Shown piece after piece: positions 9,212 to 16,849 of a stretch of DNA of 32,000 nt. Every line of letters begins with the position of its first letter. The first letter of the stretch is position 1. Source of the DNA: Nostoc sp. PCC 7120 = FACHB-418 (GTDB lineage: Bacteria > Cyanobacteriota > Cyanobacteriia > Cyanobacteriales > Nostocaceae); NCBI RefSeq assembly GCF_000009705.1, contig NC_003276.1, forward strand, positions 270,001 to 302,000, given 5' to 3'. The position numbers were made by a program, and so were the translations under genes. The notes under the pieces are model-generated. The model saw only the letters and a program-made list of their open reading frames with translations. It was not told the origin of the DNA and made no database searches.

Positions 9212-9472
9212 TCAATTATTTTCTTGAAAATTTAGAAGCAGAATGCAGGTAGAAAATGTTAGTCCTCCGGCAAGACAACTAAGGTTAAAAAAGTTAGCTA
9301 TTTCTTGATTTGTTGCTATGTAGAAAGGATGTGTTTCGGAACACCAATTGCAAGAACCAAATTCACCAGCCTTTGCTGCCCAATCGAGAAACGACTTGGA
9401 ATAGTAGGTAGGAAAAGAGAAGACGAAGATTACCATCGCAATCAGGGTGATTTTCAGTTTTATGTATGCCAT
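9212..9472 (-). CDS. hypothetical membrane protein (86 aa)
   Basis: I trimmed the track ORF to the Met at 9472. MAYIKLKITLIAMVIFVFSFPTYY gives an N-terminal TM helix, and a second hydrophobic segment sits near the C-terminus. Confidence 0.4.
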   Translation of the reverse strand: MAYIKLKITLIAMVIFVFSFPTYYSKSFLDWAAKAGEFGSCNWCSETHPFYIATNQEIANFFNLSCLAGGLTFSTCILLLNFQENN

Positions 9473-9531
9473 CTCAAATAGTACAAATTTCTTGTTCCCT
9501 GACGAGCGATCGCTTACTAATTGTGCCAGCT

Positions 9532-9879
9532 TTATTGAACCAAACTCAATTGCTTCCCGTACTCTTGCTCCAAACACTCCACCTTGGGCCTAAAGAAACA
9601 CACGCAGAAGCGATCGCCCACCACCCGATCAATCCCATGCGGCTGTTTGTTGTCAAAAGCAATACAATCGCCTTCCTCCAACCAATATGATTCCATCCGC
9701 CGAGTATCTTGGCAACCGGAGATTGAGAACTTCGCCCTACCCATAATGTTGATTTGCGCTGCTCCTGATGTGTAAGCCGGAGAATCCCGATGTACTTTAA
9801 TCCTTTGGTAAGATGCAAATAGATTGGTAGCTGCTAACCATGAACCGTTAGGCGTTTCTGAATAACCAGCAATCTTTTG
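9532..9879 (-). pseudogene. truncated second copy of the 2OG-Fe(II) oxygenase domain of gene 11445-12767
   Basis: The open frame reads ...YQRIKVHRDSPAYTSGAAQINIMGRAKFSISGCQDTRRMESYWLEEGDCIAFDNKQPHGIDRVVGDRFCVCFFR.... It is collinear with the last ~95 aa of the 440-aa protein. It has no N-terminal domain and no credible start; an in-frame TGA lies at 9880-9882. Confidence 0.7.
9541..9803. repeat. direct repeat copy A (about 260 bp)
   Basis: Aligns without gaps to 11451-11713 at a constant offset of 1910 bp. My hand count is 27 mismatches in 260 positions, about 90 percent identity. Confidence 0.85.
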
Positions 9880-9900
9880 TCAGATAGAATTAATATTGAT

Positions 9901-10566
9901 ATGAATGAAGAATCACTTTTTAAAGCACTAAAGCGACAAACTAAGGCAACTTTACTTGAGTTGTTATACTCGGCATATTACGAAACAAATACTCAACAAA
10001 GGCGGCATATATTTGGTGATCTAATGAAGAATTGTAACCCATCAAAAAGCTTAGAGCAGGACATTATAAAAGAATCAAAAAAATTCTATAAAGACTCATT
10101 AGCTGGGGCATACTATGCGCCATTTGATATTAATTCAAAGAACTTTTCTCATATTCCTCAAGAAACAGAAGAATGGTTTGAGAAGCTAGGCGACCTTTTA
10201 CAATCTAGCTGCCAGTTAACAAAACAGAAAAAACATACATCTGCTGTAGAATCTTTCGAGATTCTCTACGAACTGATTACGAAAATGGAAGATGGTGAAG
10301 AAATTATCTTTGCTGATGAATATGGGAGTTGGATGATTCCTGGTAATGAAAAGGAATTTCTGGATGCTTACATTTCTTCATTAGCTGAAGTTAAAAAACC
10401 AGAGGAATATACAAAAATAGTGATACCTTTAATAAAAAGGGATAGCTATACATCATTTTGCAATAAAATCTATTTCCTAGCATTAAGGTATAGCAATAAG
10501 GAGCAAGAAGAATTTTTAATGGAGGCAATCAAAGAACAAAATATTAAGATCGAATCAAGCCGATAG
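9901..10566 (+). CDS. hypothetical protein (221 aa), AT-rich
   Basis: ORF from the track, taking ATG at 9901 in preference to TTG at 9877. It is Lys/Glu-rich, has no family, and has no HIP1 sites. Confidence 0.5.
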   Translation: MNEESLFKALKRQTKATLLELLYSAYYETNTQQRRHIFGDLMKNCNPSKSLEQDIIKESKKFYKDSLAGAYYAPFDINSKNFSHIPQETEEWFEKLGDLLQSSCQLTKQKKHTSAVESFEILYELITKMEDGEEIIFADEYGSWMIPGNEKEFLDAYISSLAEVKKPEEYTKIVIPLIKRDSYTSFCNKIYFLALRYSNKEQEEFLMEAIKEQNIKIESSR

Positions 10567-10758
10567 ATAGCGTAATGTGGCGATTGGAATAATACCTATT
10601 AGTTTTTTTCGTAATTATTTTGGTTGATGACTTATTGAACAAGAATCCAGAATGCAGAAATCAGAATAATTGGCGATAGAGAAACTTAAGTTCAGCATTT
10701 TGTACAGTATTTTGATAAATGACAAATTTCCGGGTAATTTTCTCTCTTTTTCTGGCTT

Positions 10759-11139
10759 TTATGACATCGAAGATGGTATTTTTTCTAACGAAACTAAACC
10801 ATTGTCCTCAAAATCTATGCCTAGATGATATCCATTCATCATTCCAGTTCCCAATAAAGGCTTATTAGCAGAAGCCAAAACGAAAACTACTTTTTCTACA
10901 TTGTCCCAAACAATCGTTGTCAAATGTATAGATGATAAAACTTGGCTACCATCAGCTAATATTGCAGGTATAGTGCTATGTAAGGGAAGGTTCATTGCAC
11001 TGATAGCTTGTGGTGGTAAGGTAAGGTAGCCATTAAATCCAGTATCAATGACAAAATCCAGTGAAAAATCTGGTTGTCCAGGTAAACGAAAAATTACTGG
11101 AACTGTTGCCCTACCAGCAATTAACCGTCCGTCAATCAT
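10759..11139 (-). CDS. clan AA (retropepsin-like) aspartic protease
   Basis: 126 aa with the catalytic D-T-G in FVIDTGFNGYLTLP and the C-terminal LLGTGMM flap-like motif. The size is typical of the single-domain bacterial/archaeal family. Its start overlaps the upstream ORF stop (ATGA). Confidence 0.75.
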   Translation of the reverse strand: MIDGRLIAGRATVPVIFRLPGQPDFSLDFVIDTGFNGYLTLPPQAISAMNLPLHSTIPAILADGSQVLSSIHLTTIVWDNVEKVVFVLASANKPLLGTGMMNGYHLGIDFEDNGLVSLEKIPSSMS

Positions 11140-11408
11140 TCGGCTATACGCTCCATATTTCCACCAAAACCAAATGCAGCGTTATAACCTATTCGCATCA
11201 TAAATAATCTAGCATTTGGGTTTTTCTGCTTTAACTTAAATCCTGGTTCTATACCAATTTCATCAATTCCATACTCCCCAGTCTCAGCATCAATCACAAT
11301 CATCTTGCCAATATTATCGCCATGCTCAACCTCTTGGCGAATACCATTTTCATAAAATTGATTAGCTCTTTGGGCAACTTCTTCTACAGTCCAAAAAATA
11401 GCCTGCAT
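11136..11408 (-). CDS. small partner protein of the aspartic protease (about 90 aa)
   Basis: Translationally coupled to the protease by an ATGA overlap at 11136-11139. I prefer ATG at 11408 (AGGTG 6-7 nt upstream) over the track GTG at 11414. Confidence 0.55.
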   Translation of the reverse strand: MQAIFWTVEEVAQRANQFYENGIRQEVEHGDNIGKMIVIDAETGEYGIDEIGIEPGFKLKQKNPNARLFMMRIGYNAAFGFGGNMERIAE

Positions 11409-11444
11409 AATCACACCTGGTTTATGCTTTTGACTTAATTATAG

Positions 11445-12767
11445 CTAAACCAAACTCAATTGCTTCCTGTACTCTTGCTCCAAATACTCCGCCTTGAGCC
11501 TAAAGAAGCACACACACCAGCGATCGCCCACCACCCGATCAATCCCATGCGGCTGCTTGTTGTCAAAAGCAATACAATCGCCCTCCTCCAGCCAATATGA
11601 TTCCATCCGCCGCACATCCTGGCAACCAGAGATTGAGAACTTCGCTCGACCCATGATATTAATTTGCGCTGCTCCTGAAGCATAAGCTGGTGAATCCCGA
11701 TGTACTTTGATTTGTGTCCCAGCCGGATAAAACAACACTAACGCTTGATGAAAGTCCGGCAACAGCTTCTCGCCCAAAGCCTCAATTACCTCAGCACCAG
11801 CATAACGCCCCGGCTCAACCAACTTTACCTCAGCCTTCTTACCAGACTTGGCACTAGCCAAACTAACGAAGCGCCGCAGATGCAACTCTAGACGACCATC
11901 CGCGTATTGTGAGACTGAGGGAAACATCTGCGACTTGACGGATTTGCACCAATCCTGAATCTGTGACAACTCAGCACCCTCCAACTTGCCCAGGCGAGTA
12001 ATCAGTTCGGGGGATTCGGGTTGTGCGACAGGTGGTGGTGCTACTTCTGGAACTTGAGGAGTTGCCACTGCCGCCAAGGATGGCACAAGGCGTGGACGAT
12101 AAAATTCATGTTGCAGTCCCGACAACACCCCCAGCACGCCCAACTCTGACCAATCGCCCAAATCCTCCCCATGCAGAGATACCCGATAGTAGCCACAAGT
12201 TAGGCGATCGCACCTTACAGCCAACCCAGTGTCAAAACATTTCGCCAGTAGCGTTTGAACAACAGGTGGATAAGTGGAGTTAATTGAAGTAGTGTCGTTT
12301 GGCGTAAAGTTGTCAGTTTTGGTAATGCTAGAGGTATCGGTTGAGTCGTGACCCTTCTCTATTTGCGTGGGCTGCCTGTTGGAAGGCATTTGACCAACCA
12401 GAGATCCGATTTCACCACCCCAAAGTTCATGTAAATACTTTTGTACTACTTCTTCTCCAATCTGATATCGATGGCAGAAATCCCCAGTTTTTTCAAAGCA
12501 GCACAAAGTCATATCCACAGGCTTGTCCTTCTGTTTCCCCACCCACAACTGGATCAACTGCTGCCGGGAATCTAAAATCTCGCGGAAACAGCGCTTGTAT
12601 TCTTCCTGTGCGATCGCATCTTTGGCGCTAGATTTCCACCAGTGCAGTAGTTCAGGAGTAGGGGCGAACAGGAGTAAATGCTTGCCAGTCCACCCCTTGG
12701 GCGGATAGAGCGAAATAGAAACAGCCTCCCCCTTGATTTCGCCCTTATAGTACGAGGTAAAAATCAT
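11445..12767 (-). CDS. fusion protein: N-terminal DUF488-like domain, Pro-rich linker, C-terminal AlkB-like 2OG-Fe(II) dioxygenase domain
   Basis: The N-terminus (SISLYPPKGW...APTPELLHWWK...YKRCFREIL...TLCCFEKTGDFCHRYQIGEEV) resembles the phage-type DUF488 subclade. The C-terminus has H-x-D (IKVHRDS), a distal His (KQPHGIDRV) and a basic R-x-x-x-x-F-F-R tail, as in 2OG oxygenases. GGAGG lies 8 nt upstream of the ATG. Confidence 0.6.
   Translation of the reverse strand: MIFTSYYKGEIKGEAVSISLYPPKGWTGKHLLLFAPTPELLHWWKSSAKDAIAQEEYKRCFREILDSRQQLIQLWVGKQKDKPVDMTLCCFEKTGDFCHRYQIGEEVVQKYLHELWGGEIGSLVGQMPSNRQPTQIEKGHDSTDTSSITKTDNFTPNDTTSINSTYPPVVQTLLAKCFDTGLAVRCDRLTCGYYRVSLHGEDLGDWSELGVLGVLSGLQHEFYRPRLVPSLAAVATPQVPEVAPPPVAQPESPELITRLGKLEGAELSQIQDWCKSVKSQMFPSVSQYADGRLELHLRRFVSLASAKSGKKAEVKLVEPGRYAGAEVIEALGEKLLPDFHQALVLFYPAGTQIKVHRDSPAYASGAAQINIMGRAKFSISGCQDVRRMESYWLEEGDCIAFDNKQPHGIDRVVGDRWCVCFFRLKAEYLEQEYRKQLSLV
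11451..11713. repeat. direct repeat copy B (3' end of gene 11445-12767)
   Basis: Partner of 9541-9803; see that entry. Confidence 0.85.
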
Positions 12768-12780
12768 ACGACCTCCGTTA

Positions 12781-14467
12781 AATCATGAGGTGTGACCCAA
12801 GCAAGGCGATTGATAAACTTATCCTTTTGTGTAGACTTCGGGAAAATACCTAGCGTGGCAAAACTTACTAGAGAAGACGACTCTCTAGATTAGCCAAGTA
12901 AGCCTTGGGGTCTCTGCGAAATCGATACTGTTCAATTCTGGCTTTGTGGTGTTTTTGCAATTGAGAGCGTAATTCGAGCCAAGTATGAATATCAACTTGT
13001 GCTAAATCAGATGCGGTAAAAGAATGAAGCTTAGTAGCTATCGCACAGGCAAGTTTGACAGAACCACGAATAACGAGAGATGAGGGGGCAACCTTACGAC
13101 CGGTACAACGACGTTGATGATAACGTAGCATACCAAAAGCGTGTTCTAAGTCATTATTAGTTCTAGGAAAATCTTCAATTTCATAACAATGAAAAAGTCC
13201 AGACCAGTAGCTGTGGGTGGTTTTTATAAAGTTATCGATTGCAGTGTTCAGGGTACCAGCTTTCTGCTTTTGTTGAGACATTTCTGTCAACAGTTGCTGA
13301 TAACTTTGTTTGACCCCAGCAGCATCAAGACCTATTTTATTGTTGAGAATATTACTAGCTTTATCAACCCACTGATATGCAACCCTCACAGGTGAAAATA
13401 AAGATGCAGTAGCAGATAATCCCTTAGCTAGAAGGTGTTTTAGGTTAACTAAAGGTGGTGGTAAAGCACTTCTTTTTTCCATCCTTTCTAAGCTTTGTTC
13501 TATCAAAGTCAAATTTTCTTGTAACTTTAATCCAGATGCCTCTAACGGTGGATGTCCATCATTGGTTATAGAACTACGGACTGCCGAGCAATAATCTTCA
13601 ATAATAGTCACCAAATCCTTATCTTCATTGGTAACACTACGTTCAATTTCTCGTAATCCTCTAACTTTTTTTTTCAATTCCTTTTTTGCATTTCTATCCG
13701 CCTCATATATGGGTTTAATTGCTTCTTTCAGGTAATGGTAATGACATAAACCATGAGCAATTTTAGGTAATGCTAACCCAACAGCTTTACGAATTGATTG
13801 TTGTCCATCACTAACAACTCCATCAATTGGTACATCCAGTGTATTAGCCACTTCTAATAATAACGCTACTAAATCTTCATTCCTTGATGATAATAAAGTT
13901 TTAGCAAGTAAAATTTCTCCTGATAGACAATCTCGAATTACCCATAATACCTCATGTCCAATTTCTGGCTGCATCCCATCAATGGCTAATATCACCCGTC
14001 CTTGATTAGCCACTATTGCTTTTAATCTTTTATGGTCTTTTAGCCATAAAGAAAGTAACTCGTCATATCTGTCAATTAAGTGTGTGACCGTTCGTTTACT
14101 TATACATATACCCTTTAATTCAAGGTGAGTGTGTATTTGAGGAACACTTCTATGTTCCTGGTAGCGTAATGCTCCTATATAAGCAATCACATCCAAACCA
14201 AATTCGTTCTGTGGTAGAGCGAGTGACCCTTCTTGCTCTGGTCGATATGCTTTTTTATACCGCATACATGACTTATTTTGACATCGCCGAATTTTTAGCT
14301 GTAGTTCTACTACCCCATTTAGCGTTCTTATATGTCGAGGATTATTGTATTCATTCCACATTGCTTGACCACACGAAGGGCATTTTTTTGAACACAATCG
14401 AGTACTTCAAACGATGTTGCCTCTGGTTTTAAACTTTTTCTTACCAAGTTTTTGTACCATTATTTCG
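12781..14467 (-). mobile_element. insertion sequence carrying the 509-aa transposase; ends not resolved
   Basis: The transposase gene sits in the 1.7-kb gap between two tightly packed operon genes (12767 and 14468), so the IS ends must lie within these limits. The interval has no HIP1 site. I found only a weak terminal match (GGCAAAACTTAC near 12857 against the reverse complement of CCAAGTTTTTGTACC near 14443). Confidence 0.4.
12868..14397 (-). CDS. DDE-type transposase with N-terminal zinc ribbon (possibly ISKra4-like; family uncertain)
   Basis: 509 aa. CPSCG...C-x-x-x-x-C at the N-terminus, then LAIDGMQPEIGHEVLWVIRD and VVSDGQQSIRKAV as candidate DDE aspartate blocks. The track start is TTG. 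Confidence 0.7.
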   Translation of the reverse strand: MCSKKCPSCGQAMWNEYNNPRHIRTLNGVVELQLKIRRCQNKSCMRYKKAYRPEQEGSLALPQNEFGLDVIAYIGALRYQEHRSVPQIHTHLELKGICISKRTVTHLIDRYDELLSLWLKDHKRLKAIVANQGRVILAIDGMQPEIGHEVLWVIRDCLSGEILLAKTLLSSRNEDLVALLLEVANTLDVPIDGVVSDGQQSIRKAVGLALPKIAHGLCHYHYLKEAIKPIYEADRNAKKELKKKVRGLREIERSVTNEDKDLVTIIEDYCSAVRSSITNDGHPPLEASGLKLQENLTLIEQSLERMEKRSALPPPLVNLKHLLAKGLSATASLFSPVRVAYQWVDKASNILNNKIGLDAAGVKQSYQQLLTEMSQQKQKAGTLNTAIDNFIKTTHSYWSGLFHCYEIEDFPRTNNDLEHAFGMLRYHQRRCTGRKVAPSSLVIRGSVKLACAIATKLHSFTASDLAQVDIHTWLELRSQLQKHHKARIEQYRFRRDPKAYLANLESRLL

Positions 14468-14944
14468 TTACAAGCTCAAGATTACAGGATCTCTGCTCCT
14501 CTCTAGTAAGTTTTGCCACGCTAGGAAAATACAAACGCCTTCATCAGTTGGTAGTTTGAGCGCTGGGGATTTCCACTCGACCTGAAACAGCCAAGCATTG
14601 TTAATAAGCGACATCCCCAAAATCATGCGAATCTTCGGCCCATCATTAGCGAATCGAAAGTTCACCAACTGACCTAAACGAAAGTGAGGTTTTGAGATGA
14701 CCAGGGGGTAAAGCTGACCCCTAGCGATGATTTCACTATCTGGGACAGAGATGATTCCGCGATCGCTCTCGACAGAATAGTTCCAGCCGTCATCACTCCA
14801 CTCAACGCCGCAGCAGTAACCGGCGACTTTGGAAGAGGGCAAGTAGACTTTTTCGATGAGACTGACGGCAAGAGGTGAGAGTTGCTGACCCCAAGGCGGG
14901 GAAATGTACCAGCACGTTTCCAGGGTATTGAGAGGGTTAGTCAT
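14468..14944 (-). CDS. DUF1392-like protein, paralogue A
   Basis: CWYISPPWG...VYL...GYCCGVEW...FRLGQLV...ILGMSLINNAWLFQVEW is collinear with ORF 26186-26644 (NWYLSPPCD...VYL...GYCCGVEW...FGLGDRV...IVGIQLVNNSWCYAVEM). There is an ATGA overlap with the upstream gene. Confidence 0.55.
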   Translation of the reverse strand: MTNPLNTLETCWYISPPWGQQLSPLAVSLIEKVYLPSSKVAGYCCGVEWSDDGWNYSVESDRGIISVPDSEIIARGQLYPLVISKPHFRLGQLVNFRFANDGPKIRMILGMSLINNAWLFQVEWKSPALKLPTDEGVCIFLAWQNLLERSRDPVILSL

Positions 14945-15657
14945 GATGCCTCCTTTTCAAAAAGTAAACTGCATAGATAGTCAATGCGTTTCCAAGCAAC
15001 GGCGGCCTGTCGCGGAGAGCAACTCAATCCGTAAGCACGACGGGCATCATAGTTACCAGGGATGTTTTTAGCTACTCCAATGGAAATCCGAGAAGCCACC
15101 TTAGAAATTCCGGGTTGATAGCTTCTTGTTTCGAGAGAGAGCCGCACTTCCTCAATGTGATTTCTAATTTGGTTTGTCCAGGGGGTCGGCTGTTGACTGT
15201 TGAATAAGCCATTGGGGTAGGCAATGATGAAGATTCGTTTCCTTTCGTGCGGCAAGCCGACTTGTTGTGCAGAGATACAGTTCCATCCGCCCATGTACCC
15301 GATGCTGTCAAGGTCACAGATGATTTGGTCAAGTCCGCGATAGAGTAAACCTGTGGGGTTCTCGATGAGAGCGATCGCGGGTCTGGGATCAGTGAGTCCT
15401 TGGCGGTTGCCAGAGTTACTTGTACCGGCGCAGGGAAAACCCCCACAGACGATATCGAATTGTCCCCTGTGGCAGTTATAGGTGGTAATGTCTGAGTGAA
15501 TGGGGGTTTGGGGTTGTTCATGACGTAGTTGTGATTGAGAGTAGGGTGAGATTTCGACAAATTGTTTGACCTGGAATTTATGAGACAGACCCGCCGCAGC
15601 GATACCGTGATGGCACAGTCCGCCGATGCCAGAGAATAGGGAGAGGACTGATTTCAT
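14941..15657 (-). CDS. C5 cytosine DNA methyltransferase-like protein, unusually short (238 aa) and motif-divergent
   Basis: Motif I LFSGIGG, DIT, motif IV GGFPCAGTS (Pro-Cys kept, Gln lost), motif VI as IENPTG, motif VIII ERKRIFIIA, and GNY late in the protein. The spacing between motifs IV and VI is about 15 aa shorter than in M.HhaI-type enzymes, and the target-recognition region is minimal. Confidence 0.65.
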   Translation of the reverse strand: MKSVLSLFSGIGGLCHHGIAAAGLSHKFQVKQFVEISPYSQSQLRHEQPQTPIHSDITTYNCHRGQFDIVCGGFPCAGTSNSGNRQGLTDPRPAIALIENPTGLLYRGLDQIICDLDSIGYMGGWNCISAQQVGLPHERKRIFIIAYPNGLFNSQQPTPWTNQIRNHIEEVRLSLETRSYQPGISKVASRISIGVAKNIPGNYDARRAYGLSCSPRQAAVAWKRIDYLCSLLFEKEAS

Positions 15658-16046
15658 GCGGCTGCCTCCTGAACCAATTCATCAGGCACATCAAAAAGTC
15701 CCAATTGTCCGATGTAGGGAATGGGGGTAATTGTGCGTGGATTGTCCAGATGCCAGTGAAACTGCTGTGGCATCCCCCAACCAGAACCAGTTTCTGAAAA
15801 CTGACAACCAACAACTCTAACGACACCGATGATTTGACCGCGACTGAGAGTGTTTAGTTCTGGTACGGAAACACCAATGCTTTGACAAAATTCTTTGGCT
15901 TGCAGATATTCTTTTTTGGTGCATTTTTGAGCGGCGTGGATGAGAATATCACCCCGGTAGTGAATGGGCCAAACTCTGTTTTCAATATTTTTATTGGCGT
16001 AGATGATAGCCCATGCCCAAGGCTGTCTGACGGTGAGTGCTTTCAT
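15654..16046 (-). CDS. ASCH domain protein
   Basis: MKALTVRQPWAWAIIYANKNIENRVW...GDILIHA is the canonical ASCH N-terminal signature. 130 aa. ATGA overlap with the methyltransferase-like gene. Confidence 0.75.
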   Translation of the reverse strand: MKALTVRQPWAWAIIYANKNIENRVWPIHYRGDILIHAAQKCTKKEYLQAKEFCQSIGVSVPELNTLSRGQIIGVVRVVGCQFSETGSGWGMPQQFHWHLDNPRTITPIPYIGQLGLFDVPDELVQEAAA

Positions 16047-16051
16047 TTATC

Positions 16052-16435
16052 TTAAAACTCCAACAGTTGTATATATGCTTCGAGAGCAGCAATAGCTGGG
16101 TGTGGATGAGGCTGTGACCGTAGTCCGTTACAGATAGTAGCGATGGCTCGCTGATCGTCAAAGCTAAAGCTGATGCTGGAGTGCCTAATAGCGCAGTAGT
16201 GCATGATAGTGAGCAGCACAAAATTGAGTTGCACCAGCACTGTGCTTTGGTCATTAGCCAAGCGCCAAGCAATGTTGTCAGATGTCACCAAACGCCACGC
16301 ATTATCTGAATTACGCTTTTCGATGGTTGGCAAAATCCTGACTTTGAACTTGTGGTTGTGGTCAGCTTTTAAGCATTCATCAGGCGCAAGAGTAGACCAT
16401 TTGAAGAGTAATTGTTGGTAGGTTATGTTTGTCAT
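16052..16435 (-). CDS. hypothetical protein (127 aa)
   Basis: ATG ORF from the track, lying 5 nt from the next gene in the same operon. Confidence 0.45.
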   Translation of the reverse strand: MTNITYQQLLFKWSTLAPDECLKADHNHKFKVRILPTIEKRNSDNAWRLVTSDNIAWRLANDQSTVLVQLNFVLLTIMHYCAIRHSSISFSFDDQRAIATICNGLRSQPHPHPAIAALEAYIQLLEF

Positions 16436-16525
16436 ATAGTGTTAAGTTTTGAAGGGATAATGTTGAACAACATCACAAGTTGTAAAGAAGAAATACAAGG
16501 TGATGAGCTAGAGAAACCGTGTTGA

Positions 16526-16849
16526 TCAACAATTGCTGGGTGTTGTCCAACTCGATGTGGGCGATCGCCGTTTGCTTTCAACAAGAAGGGCAACTTGAGA
16601 AATATCTGTGCGGATGCAATGAGGACAGTTGCATATCGCAATACTTGAGCATAGTCGGGTATGTTTTAGCATCCAACTATTGGCAGTAGTCAAAAACTCT
16701 CCAATCACTAATGGCGTACCCCAACGCTTTTCACTTAAACACAGTACCCAAATAACCAAGTGTTCTGGAGTAAAAATATATTGCAGTGGGACTTCATAGC
16801 CATTGGGTTGAAACACTAGGTAATTGCCGTCTAACTTCCAGTAATTCAT
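16526..16849 (-). CDS. hypothetical protein (107 aa)
   Basis: Its ATG shares one base with the dnaB TAA stop (TAATG), which suggests coupling. Confidence 0.45.
   Translation of the reverse strand: MNYWKLDGNYLVFQPNGYEVPLQYIFTPEHLVIWVLCLSEKRWGTPLVIGEFLTTANSWMLKHTRLCSSIAICNCPHCIRTDISQVALLVESKRRSPTSSWTTPSNC

Noticed and set aside
9546-9818. ORF pairs 9546-9818 with 11456-11683 and 9584-9775 with 11494-11685, which look conserved between two loci
   Set aside because: Their similarity is simply a consequence of the 260-bp DNA repeat. The frame with real family motifs (HxD, distal His) is the one listed as the oxygenase and its relic.
12023-12708. Plus-strand ORFs 12023-12283, 12341-12631 and 12523-12708
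   Set aside because: They are antisense to the 440-aa fusion gene, with Pro/Ser-rich unstructured translations and no start context.
12781-14467. Terminal inverted repeats for the IS
   Set aside because: The best match I could find by eye is about 12 of 19 positions (near 12857 against near 14443), which is too weak to call ends or a target duplication.
15072-15560. 162-aa minus-strand ORF overlapping the methyltransferase-like gene
   Set aside because: It is an alternative frame of 14941-15657 with Ser/Thr/Pro-rich composition and no motifs. The listed frame carries the MTase motifs and the ATGA couplings.
16432-16641. 69-aa minus-strand ORF between two operon genes
   Set aside because: It overlaps the 3' end of ORF 16526-16849 in another frame, and its translation is not coding-like. 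The roughly 90-nt gap is more likely plain intergenic.
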